Positions 5,779 to 16,136 of a stretch of 64,000 nt of DNA are shown here, one piece after another. Every line of letters starts with the position of its first letter. Within the stretch, counting starts at the first letter, position 1. Both the position numbers and the translations under genes were made by a program. The DNA comes from an uncultured virus (IMG/VR IMGVR_UViG_3300037010_002878) (taxonomy: Duplodnaviria > Heunggongvirae > Uroviricota > Caudoviricetes). Where the stretch lies: IMG/VR virus record IMGVR_UViG_3300037010_002878, positions 1 through 64,000 of that record; one strand, given 5' to 3'. The notes under the pieces are model-generated. The model was not told where the DNA came from, did no database searches, and was given only the letters and a program-made list of their open reading frames with translations.

Positions 5779-6893
5779 GTTTTGAAAGACAGTCTCTTGT
5801 TGTTTTTAAAGATGAGTCATCAACTGGAATAAACTTTGTTGCAAATAATAGATTTGTATTTGTGAACTCAACTGGATATATGTATATTAAAGTTAATTCA
5901 ACTAATATCACTACCAATACCACCATAGCACAAGCAATTTCAGGTGCAAATTTAATTTTAATAACTGGAGTTATTCCTGCTCCACCAACAACGACAACAA
6001 CGACAACAACGACAACAACGACAACAACTACTACAACAACGTCAACTAGTTTTACCAAAGCTTTATTTCATAATGGGATAGATAGTTCACCAACAAGTGT
6101 ATCAACAACCACATTGTTATCTTCAACGGCTACTTTAGTTCAAGCAGAAACTTCAGTAGGTACAGCAAAATTTGGCGTAGCAGGAGCCAATGTTGGTACA
6201 AATGCATTATTTTATGGCGGAACAGATAATTCTTATTATTACAACACAGTTACATTATTATCACCAACTGCGACATTGGTTCAAGCTGAGTCTACTGTTG
6301 GGTCAGGAAGAAGTTATATATCTGGAGCAAATGTTGGTACAAATGCACTATTCTATGCTGGGTACAATTCTGGATATAAGAATACGGCAACAATATTGAC
6401 ACCTACTGGTTCATTGGTTCAAGCTGAGTCAACTGTAGGAACAGTGAGAACTGGAACGGGTGGAGCCAATGTTGGTACAAATGTATTATTTTATGGTGGA
6501 ACAAATGGTTCATATTTTAATACAGCAACACTGTTATCATCAACAGCTACTTTGGTACAAGCGGAATCAAATGTTGGCACAGCACGGTCATATACTGCTG
6601 GAGCTAATGTTGGTACGAATGCTTTATTCTACGGTGGGTATAATGGTTCATACTTAAATACAGCAACACTGTTATCATCAACAGCTACTTTGGTACAAGC
6701 TGAATCAAATGTTGGTTCTACTAGACTTGGACCAGCAGGAGCTAACGTAGGTACAAATGCTTTATATTATGCTGGGGCTAATAGTGTTAAATTAAATACT
6801 GCTACATTATTATCGCCAACAGCTACTTTAGTTCAAGCAGAAACTAATATAGGTAGTACACCTAGACATGGACTCGCAGGATCTAGTTTATAA
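5775..6893 (+). CDS. Kelch-like beta-propeller repeat virion protein 2 with poly-Thr linker
   Basis: Same N-domain and six repeats; PAPP-T18 linker. Confidence 0.78.
   Translation: MSFERQSLVVFKDESSTGINFVANNRFVFVNSTGYMYIKVNSTNITTNTTIAQAISGANLILITGVIPAPPTTTTTTTTTTTTTTTTTTSTSFTKALFHNGIDSSPTSVSTTTLLSSTATLVQAETSVGTAKFGVAGANVGTNALFYGGTDNSYYYNTVTLLSPTATLVQAESTVGSGRSYISGANVGTNALFYAGYNSGYKNTATILTPTGSLVQAESTVGTVRTGTGGANVGTNVLFYGGTNGSYFNTATLLSSTATLVQAESNVGTARSYTAGANVGTNALFYGGYNGSYLNTATLLSSTATLVQAESNVGSTRLGPAGANVGTNALYYAGANSVKLNTATLLSPTATLVQAETNIGSTPRHGLAGSSL
5988..6041 (+). repeat. ACAACAACG-type microsatellite encoding poly-Thr
   Basis: About four 9-bp units in an 18-codon Thr run. Confidence 0.9.
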
Positions 6894-6925
6894 ATATTAA
6901 AATATAATATGAAAGAAGAGTAAAA

Positions 6926-7564
6926 ATGGCATCACAAGTAAATTCACAATATGCATATCTTAACCTTATTAATGGAGAGACAATTTGGGAGAGATTAAGA
7001 ATAGTTCGTAATTTTATTGAGGATAGAAAAATTGCAAAAAAATTACAAACTACACAAGAACTAAAACATCAAGCATACATTGCTAAAGTTCAAGAAGCTA
7101 CTAAAGAATCAGAAAGATTATTTGCTCAAGCAGAGTTAGAAGAATTTGAAGCTCATCAAGAACAGCAAACAGATGGTTATAAAAAGCTTGATGATGAACT
7201 TGCTTTCTTGTTAAAGTATGAAGCGGAATTAGCATCAATTGCTGAACAGTCTCGTATAGAAGGTAAATCAGATGATGAAATGTACCAAATAAATATGGAA
7301 ACAGAGGTTTATTTAAGAAACCTTAAAAAAATTGAAACAGAACAAGTGGCAAGAACCTTAGGTATTTCTCAAGCAACCGCTGAAGAAGCTATGAGAATAC
7401 CTCAAATGCGTGTACAGTTGTTAAATACAGCCACAGCAATGATGCTACCTGATACTGATGAGAACAAAGCTAATTTAATAGCAAATGGTATTAACCTTAA
7501 TAACATACCACTAAGTGTTCAAGAGACTCTAAGTATAACCAAATTACTAACACAAGGAAACTAA
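6926..7564 (+). CDS. Hypothetical coiled-coil protein
   Basis: 212-aa E/Q/A-rich helical ORF; late promoter at 6889-6896. Confidence 0.75.
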   Translation: MASQVNSQYAYLNLINGETIWERLRIVRNFIEDRKIAKKLQTTQELKHQAYIAKVQEATKESERLFAQAELEEFEAHQEQQTDGYKKLDDELAFLLKYEAELASIAEQSRIEGKSDDEMYQINMETEVYLRNLKKIETEQVARTLGISQATAEEAMRIPQMRVQLLNTATAMMLPDTDENKANLIANGINLNNIPLSVQETLSITKLLTQGN

Positions 7565-7566
7565 AA

Positions 7567-8082
7567 ATGAAACTCGTAACATGGCTAGCGAAAGATTCAG
7601 AAACTCTATTTGGGAAATTTGACCCAATGTCTAATACGGATACAAGAACTAATGTTCAAATTATAGCAATTGGGCAATTTGAACCAGACGCAAGTCAATA
7701 CATTGGTCTATCTAATGAAGATGTTACCCCAAAAGAATGTGCTGAAATTTTGAATGTTCCCGAAAATACATTTTATAACATATATAGCCCTATTAATGGA
7801 TATTTTTTAACGGATGCTTGGGTTGAATCAATATTGAAAGATTTGCGTCAAAAAGAACTAGATAACTTAACAGTAAAAGTTGAAGATCATGTTTATGATG
7901 CTGATGAAGTATCTCAAGATCGTATGGCAAGAGCCTATATGATTATTGGTGATACAGGAACCATTGATTGGAAATTAGCAGATAATAAAGTATTTAATGT
8001 TTCAGGTGGAGAGATTAAACAAGCTTTGACACTCGCTGGAAAGGCTCAAACAGCTCTATGGGCTAAATACACACTTAATTAA
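7567..8082 (+). CDS. Tail-fibre assembly chaperone (DUF4376-like C-terminus)
   Basis: YDADEVSQDRMARA...IDWKLADN...ALTLAGKAQTALW motif. Confidence 0.75.
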   Translation: MKLVTWLAKDSETLFGKFDPMSNTDTRTNVQIIAIGQFEPDASQYIGLSNEDVTPKECAEILNVPENTFYNIYSPINGYFLTDAWVESILKDLRQKELDNLTVKVEDHVYDADEVSQDRMARAYMIIGDTGTIDWKLADNKVFNVSGGEIKQALTLAGKAQTALWAKYTLN

Positions 8083-8094
8083 CAAGGATATAAT

Positions 8095-9177
8095 ATGGGG
8101 GCATCACAGTCTCAGTCTCAAATTTCTGGATTTACCAGAAACCCTATATGGGTGTTTAAGGATGAAACTTCAACTGGGTTAGATAAGATTCCAGTAGGAG
8201 AGATTGTCGCTATTAAATCCAACAAATTACTATATCAATGTGTTAGTAAAGTTGGAGTCACTAGTAGCACACAAGTTGGTTCAGCTACTGGATTATTACC
8301 TTATACATTTAAGGTAACAACCTCTTTTACCAAAGCTTTGTTCTATGGGGGGTGGATATCAACCGTTGTGGCTACCACGACTCTATTATCTTCAACAGCT
8401 ACTTTAGTTCAAGCAGAAACCAATATAGGTACAGCTAGATATGGATTATCAGGATCTAACGTGGGAACTAATGCTTTATTCTACGGTGGGTGGATATCAA
8501 CAACAGCTGTTTCCACAGCTACTTTATTATCACCAACCGCTACTTTGGTTCAGGCAGAAACAAATGTAGGTACAGCTAGACGTGAAGTAGCAGGAGCAAA
8601 AGTAGGTACAAATGCTTTATTTTATGCTGGATGGGGTTCAACAACAGCTGTTTCCACAGCTACTCTATTATCTTCAACAGCTACATTAGTGCAAGCCGAA
8701 ACAAATGTAGGTGTAGCTAGATATGGATTATCAGGAGCTAATGTAGGAACTAATGCTTTATTCTACGGTGGATTTGCCCTTTCAGGAGCTATACCAACAG
8801 CTACTCTATTATCTTCAACAGCTACTTTAGTTCAAGCAGAAACCAATATAGGTACAGCTAGATATGGATTATCAGGATCTAACGTGGGAACTAATGCTTT
8901 ATTCTACGGTGGATATGGCAATAACATAATATCTACCACGACTCTATTATCACCAACAGCTACTTTAGTTCAAGCAGAAACCAATATAGGTTCAGCTAGA
9001 TATGAATTAGCAGGAGCTAATGTAGGAACTAATGCATTATTCTATGGTGGAGATACGGGAACTAGCTCTCACGTAGCTGTGAAAACAGCTACTCTATTAT
9101 CTTCAACAGCTACTTTAGTTCAAGCAGAAACTAATGTAGGTACAGCTAGATATTACCTAGCAGGAGCATCATTATGA
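8095..9177 (+). CDS. Kelch-like beta-propeller repeat virion protein 3
   Basis: VFKDETSTGLDKIP N-domain plus six near-identical repeats. Confidence 0.78.
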   Translation: MGASQSQSQISGFTRNPIWVFKDETSTGLDKIPVGEIVAIKSNKLLYQCVSKVGVTSSTQVGSATGLLPYTFKVTTSFTKALFYGGWISTVVATTTLLSSTATLVQAETNIGTARYGLSGSNVGTNALFYGGWISTTAVSTATLLSPTATLVQAETNVGTARREVAGAKVGTNALFYAGWGSTTAVSTATLLSSTATLVQAETNVGVARYGLSGANVGTNALFYGGFALSGAIPTATLLSSTATLVQAETNIGTARYGLSGSNVGTNALFYGGYGNNIISTTTLLSPTATLVQAETNIGSARYELAGANVGTNALFYGGDTGTSSHVAVKTATLLSSTATLVQAETNVGTARYYLAGASL

Positions 9178-9242
9178 GTTATATAAAACAATCATTAGTA
9201 ACATTTAATGATACATCTGCCTTAGGGTTAGATAAAATTTAA
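9174..9242 (+). pseudogene. Truncated fourth paralog of the Kelch-like proteins
   Basis: ATGA-coupled ORF MSYIKQSLVTFNDTSALGLDKI* matches the paralog N-termini (QSLVVFKDESSTG; STGLDKI), then stops. Confidence 0.65.
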
Positions 9243-9553
9243 GATAATATATTATTTTTTAAAGAAAGTAATATAAAAGATAATTCAAATAATTTTCTGT
9301 AAAATCATAAGTAAGTACATTTATTATCAACAATATTATAAATGAAAACCCTATTATAAAAGAAATGAAAGGTTTATTTATGAACATAATAAAATGCTTT
9401 AATCTTTCCTCATTAAAATATATGTTCCCCAACTCATCATTACCTTATCAAAAAATAAAGAACTATTTTAGTTCTTTTATCTTCAATTTAAATTAATCAA
9501 AATTATGTTATTATAACACAATATTCATAAATCTAAAGTTCTATCTTAGATGG

Positions 9554-9587
9554 AAAAAGGTCCCGATGAAAAAATCATCAAGGACCT
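9554..9587 (-). terminator. Intrinsic terminator after major capsid gene
   Basis: Minus strand AGGTCCTTGATGA-TTTTT-TCATCGGGACCT followed by TTTT. Confidence 0.85.
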
Positions 9588-9610
9588 AAATAAAAGGTAA
9601 AACCTTTAGC

Positions 9611-10915
9611 TTACGCTAAAGGAGATGTTTTACCTGCTGCTACGGTTGCAAAATTAACACCGAATGTTGCGATGTAATTTTCTGGGTTCAATGGAGTTGT
9701 ATCCAAAGCGTAACGTTGTGACAAGATGATTGCTGGTTGACCTGATTCTTGCAATGTAACACGTTGGAATGACGCTGGTACATATGGGCTGAAGAATACA
9801 GCTGAATCACGACGATCTTGACCTTTGTAAAGGATAGTTGCATAATCGCTTGCTGCGAATGTATCAACAACAACTTTATAACGTCCATCAAATGTTCCTG
9901 CTACTGCAGTTGACATACCATCTACAGTTGATTGAATTGCAGCTGCACTGAATCCACCAAGTGCTTCAAGAGCAACTGATACTTTAGGAGACACTAACAA
10001 TGTGTTACCTGCACCACGACGAGTCAAACGATTGATTTTTGAACTTTCATCAGCAAGTTTAATTGCCAACATTCTGTAACGTTCAATTTCCCAACGACCG
10101 TCATAACCACCAATTGCAGCATCTGCTACTACACGTGCTGTATTGTTAACTTTAGAAATGATCTCACGGTCAATCTCTGCTTGCATTTCATAACTCATGA
10201 TTCCCATAAGTTCTTCATCTGCATTCATACCATGTTGAGATTTCAAATCTTGGTACATTTCAAGGGTATATTTACCTTTCAATTTACGTGTACGAGCTTC
10301 AACAGTTTTACGAGAAAGTTCAAATCCGATTTCGTTCATGTCGTCGCCAAGAATCTCACCATCCGCTGTTGAATATGATCCAGTATAACCTTTAAGTACT
10401 TTGTTAAAAGTAGCTTCATTCGTATAAGTATCTAAAACATGAACGTCTGTAAAAATTACATCACCTTGAGCTTTAGTTGTGCCAGCCCAAAGAACTTTTA
10501 CAACATTACCATCAGTTTCTTTGTAAAGAACGTCTCCGCCAACAATAACTTTTGCATCATCTGCAACTGCAACTACAAGAATTTGTTTTTTATTACTTGG
10601 AGCGATTTTGTTGATACTATTACCAGTATAACGACTTGTCATTGAATAAATGAAACCAGTTGGTCCATTCAACGGTTGAACACCAGCGATTTCGTTAGCG
10701 ATCAAATTAGGGTAAACACGACGAACTAAAGGCATAAGGATTTTTGTAAATCCTGCTACGTCAGCAGCTTGTGTACCTTCTTTCAACATATCGCTAATAG
10801 CTTTTTCTTGTTGTTCAAGAATAACTGCCATAGTAGACATATCTTTTTTGCTGATTGATGAGTAGTTTTCACTCAACAATTGCTTTTCAAATTTTTCAGT
10901 AAGATTGAAATCCAT
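9611..10915 (-). CDS. gp23: Major capsid protein, T4 gp23-like
   Basis: LVRRVYPNLIANEIAGVQPL.GPTG, TVEARTRKLK..YT.E..QDL, EIDREII, FFSPYVP; late promoter at 10947-10954. Confidence 0.97.
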   Translation of the reverse strand: MDFNLTEKFEKQLLSENYSSISKKDMSTMAVILEQQEKAISDMLKEGTQAADVAGFTKILMPLVRRVYPNLIANEIAGVQPLNGPTGFIYSMTSRYTGNSINKIAPSNKKQILVVAVADDAKVIVGGDVLYKETDGNVVKVLWAGTTKAQGDVIFTDVHVLDTYTNEATFNKVLKGYTGSYSTADGEILGDDMNEIGFELSRKTVEARTRKLKGKYTLEMYQDLKSQHGMNADEELMGIMSYEMQAEIDREIISKVNNTARVVADAAIGGYDGRWEIERYRMLAIKLADESSKINRLTRRGAGNTLLVSPKVSVALEALGGFSAAAIQSTVDGMSTAVAGTFDGRYKVVVDTFAASDYATILYKGQDRRDSAVFFSPYVPASFQRVTLQESGQPAIILSQRYALDTTPLNPENYIATFGVNFATVAAGKTSPLA

Positions 10916-10956
10916 AACTTAAATTCCTTTGTTAATTGATTTGATTTATTTATATT

Positions 10957-11685
10957 TTAGAAAAAACGTGAACTATCTGCAACTGAAGCAGGTAATACAG
11001 AACCTTCTGGTTCTTTGTTTTCAACAATTGGTGTATGTGTATGTGTTTCTTCAACTTTTGCTGCAGTTACACTCTCTCTCAAAGTTTCTAATTTTTTCAA
11101 ATATCCACTAGCATCAGAAGAATTGAATTCTACGATTGCAGCCAATTTGTCAAATTTTTCTTTTTGAATAACACTTAATCCTTCTTTAACTTCAGCGATA
11201 AGACCCATTTTCAAAAGTTCTGCTTTTTGTTTTTTCAAATCCAAATTTTCAACAACTAGTGCATCAATTTTTGCAGTGCTTTCAGCAATTTGAGCTTTCA
11301 TTTCAGTATCATCAAGATTCTCAGCGATTTGTTTGATTTCAACGCCACCAGCTATTAACAATGCGTTAAAGCCTTCTAACAATGATTCAAGTTTTTCACC
11401 TTGTACACTTTCTTCGATAGTGATTTTATTTTCACTGATGTATTCTTCAGCGATAAGACTCAAAAATTCATCTAGGTTTTCAAGCAATTTTTCTTTATAT
11501 TCTTTTGCTTCTGTCATGAATTTTTCTGTGATTTCAGTTTCTTTTTCTTCAACGATTGCAGCTACTTTTTCAGCAACTAATGTCTCAACTTTCGCATCAA
11601 CAGCAGCGTTAAAAGATTCAGAAATTTCGGCTTTCAACTCGTCTGTAAAAACAGCTTCGTCAAGTTTACTTAGAATTTTTTCCAT
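10957..11685 (-). CDS. gp22: Prohead core scaffolding protein, gp22-like
   Basis: Glu-rich helical protein between protease and capsid genes; QKEKF..LA, KKLETLRES motifs. Confidence 0.85.
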   Translation of the reverse strand: MEKILSKLDEAVFTDELKAEISESFNAAVDAKVETLVAEKVAAIVEEKETEITEKFMTEAKEYKEKLLENLDEFLSLIAEEYISENKITIEESVQGEKLESLLEGFNALLIAGGVEIKQIAENLDDTEMKAQIAESTAKIDALVVENLDLKKQKAELLKMGLIAEVKEGLSVIQKEKFDKLAAIVEFNSSDASGYLKKLETLRESVTAAKVEETHTHTPIVENKEPEGSVLPASVADSSRFF

Positions 11686-11721
11686 ATCTAATCCCTTTGT
11701 TAATAATTACAATTTTATTTA

Positions 11722-12402
11722 TTAAAATGATTTAAACAATTCTTCAAATTTATTTTTAGCACACTCTTGTACAAGTGATTTATTTTCTAAAGTACAACCG
11801 CTTTCGCTACATATTGTCACTTTTTCAATATCTCCGGATTCTGATATTGAATAATCAAAATCTTGTACTATACCATTCTCTACAATAAGAGACTCTGCTA
11901 AACCATTTAAGTAACTACCAGGGTTACTTGGGTTATCTACTAGGTCATATGTGATTAATTTGAAATCTTCAACTATACCACCACTCCCTACAGATCCAAC
12001 TCCACGTGAACTAATACCAATTTTAATTCCTTCATCTATAAGATTTTTTAATCTATTTGATTCTGGATTATCTAATAATTTAGCTTTTCCGTAAACAAAA
12101 TCACCTTCCATACGCAGTTCAACAATTTTGATGACTGCCTTCATTGGATCAATTGTAGTTCTTGGTGGATGTTGCCATTCACCAAGCGTTTCTAAACCAT
12201 TATTTTTAATAACTGATTGATATCTTTGAACTTCACGTCTCCATATATTGGAAGGGTAAATTCGTTTGTTAGCGTTTTGCACGTTAGCTGTCGAAAAAAC
12301 ACCTTCTACAAAATATGACTTCTTTCTTACATTAGAAGACTCATTAAGTTCTTCTACGCAATACCCGTCTAACGGGACAGCTTGCTCTAAAATAAGTTTC
12401 AT
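11722..12402 (-). CDS. gp21: Prohead core protease, gp21-like
   Basis: NANKRIYP, LGEWQHP, GISSRGVGS, DLVDNPS catalytic motifs. Confidence 0.95.
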   Translation of the reverse strand: MKLILEQAVPLDGYCVEELNESSNVRKKSYFVEGVFSTANVQNANKRIYPSNIWRREVQRYQSVIKNNGLETLGEWQHPPRTTIDPMKAVIKIVELRMEGDFVYGKAKLLDNPESNRLKNLIDEGIKIGISSRGVGSVGSGGIVEDFKLITYDLVDNPSNPGSYLNGLAESLIVENGIVQDFDYSISESGDIEKVTICSESGCTLENKSLVQECAKNKFEELFKSF

Positions 12403-12405
12403 TCT

Positions 12406-12633
12406 TTATTCCTCAGAAGATTTTGGCTCCGGTTCCTTGTCAAGATAAGTTCGTTTGTCTATCTGTGCGAAGATATCTTTAATTCTTGAAAAGTTATCGA
12501 GCTCTTCTTTTTTGTCCTTAATATAAGGGTGTGTTTTTACTTTTTGATCTAACACTGCTTTTACTGTCTGAGCAAAATCGGTAAATTTACCATCATGTGC
12601 TTGATCTAAAATGTCTGTTGACAATTCCGCCAT
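12406..12633 (-). CDS. Small prohead core protein (gp67/gp68 position)
   Basis: 75-aa ORF between portal and protease genes. Confidence 0.6.
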   Translation of the reverse strand: MAELSTDILDQAHDGKFTDFAQTVKAVLDQKVKTHPYIKDKKEELDNFSRIKDIFAQIDKRTYLDKEPEPKSSEE

Positions 12634-12684
12634 TTTTAAACCTTTCTGTTTTTATTCATATTTATTTATGTTTTTTAGAAATCT

Positions 12685-14250
12685 TTAAAAATTGCCTTCA
12701 TCAGTTTTATAAAAAGCTGCATAACGTGGGTCTTTTTTCTCTTTCTCTATTTGTTCACCCATAGCTTTTATATCTTCGTCAGATAATTTCAAAATATTTT
12801 TGAATGTAAATTCTACTGGGAATACTTTTCCTATTAAATCAGAAACATTATTATACGCTTCGATTTTTTTATTAAACATTTCACTTTCTAGATTTTGAAT
12901 AAATGTATTTTCTTTACTAAAATATAAAGTAAAACTATCATAAATTTCATTCCACTCTTGGTTAGTAACTTTACCTTGAGACAATAAATGTCTATACATA
13001 AGCTCTTCAAATAAAGATAAAAATTTACGTCTTAGTCTTTGTGTATATGCAAAGAATTTAACTTCATCTCTTTGAACGCTAGTAGAGCTAAAATCAAATT
13101 CAGCTGAATTTCCTTCTATTTCATTGTTAATTCGAGACATAGGAATTTTTAACGCTGTGTATAATTTTTTCTTAAAATACATTACATCACCCAATTCACC
13201 AAGGTTTCCAGTCTCATCCAATGTTTCTACGGTCGTGCCCCTTCCTCCAGATCTATTAGGGAACCAATAATCTTCAACCAATGTAGTTACATGATTTTGG
13301 TTACTAATTGTACCTTTTTCAATATCATAAAACTTTTTATACTTGAAGTTTTGTTTTATTTTCTCTAACGCTTGTTCTGCACGTTGAGGATTTAAATCAC
13401 CTACGTCTACATTAAAAACTCGTCTTGAAATTGAACGGCTGAATCTCATAGGAATAAGCATGTCTTCTACAGTTTTAAGTTGATTTGCTGGTTTTATTGC
13501 TGTATATAACTCACTCAAAATCAACTTTTCAGATCCCATACGGTTTTTCTTAAAGCTAGGTTCTATGTAAATCCCACTATCTATTTTAAATACTTCATCT
13601 ATTTTAAATCTTATTTTAGACTTTGATTGAGAAACAAATCCAGTGAATTGATCTGTTTCTTCTATCATATAAAGCCATTCATTATTTGCTTTGTCGAAAT
13701 ATAAATCTAAAGGAGACAAAATATTTAATTTTACTATTCCTTTAGATAAATCCGAATTATCATAGATTGTTTGAATATTTAATTGTCCATCTATAAACCA
13801 TTGAGATATTAAATTATAAGCATTAGAATCGAAACGTAACAATCTGGACATTTCTTCAAATGCATCAGTAATCATTTTTTTAGTACCTTCTGTCATTTTA
13901 GCGTCAGAAAAATTAATTTTAACTAATGATTCATTTCCTGTAGTAAATACAATTTCATTCATTATTTCAGAAACAGCTGCGGAAACGTCTGGATGTGTAA
14001 CAATATCTCTAAACGTTTCAATATATCTGCGTTGTTCTGCCAAAGCAGACATCATTAAATCTTGATTAGATCTATCATAATTTTTATCATCTCCATCAAA
14101 AAATCCTATAGTTGGAGATATTTCGGCTGTAAAATTTTTGCTAAATGTTTGTGATATTACTAATGGGTCCGTATCATAATCAGTTAAACTCTTTTGATCT
14201 TCAGGTTTAGGTATAAAGGTTTTCTTCAACGATTCGTAGAGAGTTCCCAT
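12685..14250 (-). CDS. gp20: Portal protein, gp20-like
   Basis: RRVFNVDVGDL, EDYWFPNRSGGRGTTVETL, YFKKKLYTALKIPMSR, RDEVKF. Confidence 0.96.
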   Translation of the reverse strand: MGTLYESLKKTFIPKPEDQKSLTDYDTDPLVISQTFSKNFTAEISPTIGFFDGDDKNYDRSNQDLMMSALAEQRRYIETFRDIVTHPDVSAAVSEIMNEIVFTTGNESLVKINFSDAKMTEGTKKMITDAFEEMSRLLRFDSNAYNLISQWFIDGQLNIQTIYDNSDLSKGIVKLNILSPLDLYFDKANNEWLYMIEETDQFTGFVSQSKSKIRFKIDEVFKIDSGIYIEPSFKKNRMGSEKLILSELYTAIKPANQLKTVEDMLIPMRFSRSISRRVFNVDVGDLNPQRAEQALEKIKQNFKYKKFYDIEKGTISNQNHVTTLVEDYWFPNRSGGRGTTVETLDETGNLGELGDVMYFKKKLYTALKIPMSRINNEIEGNSAEFDFSSTSVQRDEVKFFAYTQRLRRKFLSLFEELMYRHLLSQGKVTNQEWNEIYDSFTLYFSKENTFIQNLESEMFNKKIEAYNNVSDLIGKVFPVEFTFKNILKLSDEDIKAMGEQIEKEKKDPRYAAFYKTDEGNF

Positions 14251-14263
14251 CTTTTATCCTTTT

Positions 14264-14291
14264 TATAAATATAATGTTTCATTTATTTATA
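14264..14291. promoter_or_regulatory. Pair of opposed T4-type late promoters (TATAAATA) for terminase (+) and portal (-)
   Basis: TATAAATA at 14264-14271 (+) and 14284-14291 (-). Confidence 0.65.
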
Positions 14292-14301
14292 AAGGAGTTT
14301 T

Positions 14302-16011
14302 ATGAGATTAAAAGACATTGATAAACTGATAACATCATTAGAATTACCCAAAGATCATGAAGGTTATTATTTAGATGCTTTTGGAAATAGAATTTCATTT
14401 AATGGCGTTAGAACATTAAAACCATCATTTACACAATTACAATTAACTCAGCCGCATATTGAAGAAATAATAAAATGTGCTAATAGTTATCAATATTTTA
14501 GAGCTAACTATTGTATAATTTTAACTAAAAAAGGTTATGATAGACCAGAGCCACGTGAATATCAAAGAAGATTAGAAGTCGATTTGTTAAATTCAAAGCG
14601 TAATATAGTCTTGTTTGGTAGACAATCTGGGAAAACAGTTACTATTGCCACTTACCTTCTATGGAAAGCGTTATTTTCAAAAGATATGACTATAGGAATA
14701 GCTGCAAACAAACAAGGTATGGCTGTAGAAGTTTTGGATAAAATAAAAAATATTTTTATCAATTTACCTATTTGGCTTATGGCTGGAGTAACAACATGGA
14801 ATAAGAAAACTATTGAATTTGAAAATGGCGTAAGGATTTTAACCAGTGCGACAAATGGGGATTCATTTCGTGGTTTCTCATTAGGAATGTTATACATAGA
14901 TGAAACAGCGTTTATTAGACCGACCATATGGAAAGAATTTGAAGACTCCGTATTCCCTACTGTAGAGGCTATTGAAAACTCACAGATAATCATTTCTAGT
15001 ACACCTAAAGGTATGAACCACTTCTATGACTTAGTTCAAGGAAGCCGATTAAATGTTAATGGATATACATTAACAGAAATGGAATGGAATGAAGTACCTG
15101 GTAGAGACGAAACGTGGCGTAAAAATATTATAGCAGATAAAGGACTAACATTTTTTGAGCAAAATTATGGTTGTAAATTTAGTGGATCTGCGGATACATT
15201 AGTTTCTCATCAATGTCTTCAAAGAATAATTTCAACACCAGTTCTATATAAAAACAATAATGTCGATGAGTTAAGAGTTTATAAAGAGCCCGAACCTTCT
15301 CACAAATACATATGTTCTGTGGATAGTGCTAAAGATGGTATAGACAAAATAGCAATTCAAATGATAGACGTAACTAAATTTCCATTTGTGCAAGTAGCAG
15401 CGGCTAATTTAGATATAAGTTATTTAAAGCTCGCTGGCCCATTAACTGAGCTATGTAGAGAATATAATAATGCCTTTTTAGTTGTAGAAAATAATGAAGG
15501 TGCCGGACAATCATTAGTAGACACAGTCACAGAAACTTATGATTATGACAACGTTTATAAAGACAAACCTGGTAAAGATGGAAAAGCTAAAAGATATTAT
15601 GGATTCAGAACTTCAGGAAAGTCCAGAAAAGTAATATTAAGTATGTTAAAAACGTTTCTTGAAAATGATAGGTTGGTTTTAAATGATAAAGAAACTATAG
15701 AAGAACTTTTCCATTTTCTAAAAATAAATGGAAAATATCAAGCCGATGATGGATATCATGATGATTTAATAATGGCATTAGCAATTTCATTTGCTCCTAT
15801 TATGGATATTAAAAATATGGATGACCAAAAGAAATTCATTGATAATATGTTTTCTGATTCAGAAGAAGATGAGGAAGATGCTACATTTGAAGAAATGTTT
15901 GCATTTGGTTCTTTTGATGATATTGATGATTCAGTCTACAAAAATGAATTTGAAGACTGGAATTCATATAGAGAAAATAATGATTCATATACAGATAGTA
16001 ATTTTGATTAA
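14302..16011 (+). CDS. gp17: Terminase large subunit, gp17-like
   Basis: Walker A GRQSGKT, YIDETAF, SSTPKGMNHFY, nuclease HDDLIMA. Confidence 0.97.
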   Translation: MRLKDIDKLITSLELPKDHEGYYLDAFGNRISFNGVRTLKPSFTQLQLTQPHIEEIIKCANSYQYFRANYCIILTKKGYDRPEPREYQRRLEVDLLNSKRNIVLFGRQSGKTVTIATYLLWKALFSKDMTIGIAANKQGMAVEVLDKIKNIFINLPIWLMAGVTTWNKKTIEFENGVRILTSATNGDSFRGFSLGMLYIDETAFIRPTIWKEFEDSVFPTVEAIENSQIIISSTPKGMNHFYDLVQGSRLNVNGYTLTEMEWNEVPGRDETWRKNIIADKGLTFFEQNYGCKFSGSADTLVSHQCLQRIISTPVLYKNNNVDELRVYKEPEPSHKYICSVDSAKDGIDKIAIQMIDVTKFPFVQVAAANLDISYLKLAGPLTELCREYNNAFLVVENNEGAGQSLVDTVTETYDYDNVYKDKPGKDGKAKRYYGFRTSGKSRKVILSMLKTFLENDRLVLNDKETIEELFHFLKINGKYQADDGYHDDLIMALAISFAPIMDIKNMDDQKKFIDNMFSDSEEDEEDATFEEMFAFGSFDDIDDSVYKNEFEDWNSYRENNDSYTDSNFD

Positions 16012-16136
16012 GATAATATTAAGGAATGTATTCGGTTATAATTTTTATCCGATGCATTTTTATCATTAATGTAATAATCGCTCTAACTAGATTAAAAGAA
16101 TATAAAGGGAAGTTGAACCCTTTCTAACTTATTATA

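Noticed and set aside
5729..6058. Poly-Val ORF on the minus strand
   Set aside because: Antisense shadow of the poly-Thr microsatellite.
4735..9177. Constant-repeat/variable-spacer pattern as a CRISPR array or DGR target
   Set aside because: Repeats are in-frame ~140-bp coding units with synonymous variation. No cas or reverse transcriptase gene is in the window, and no adenine-specific TR/VR pair was seen.
14302..16011. Intein or intron in terminase
   Set aside because: The ORF is continuous and of normal length with contiguous motifs.
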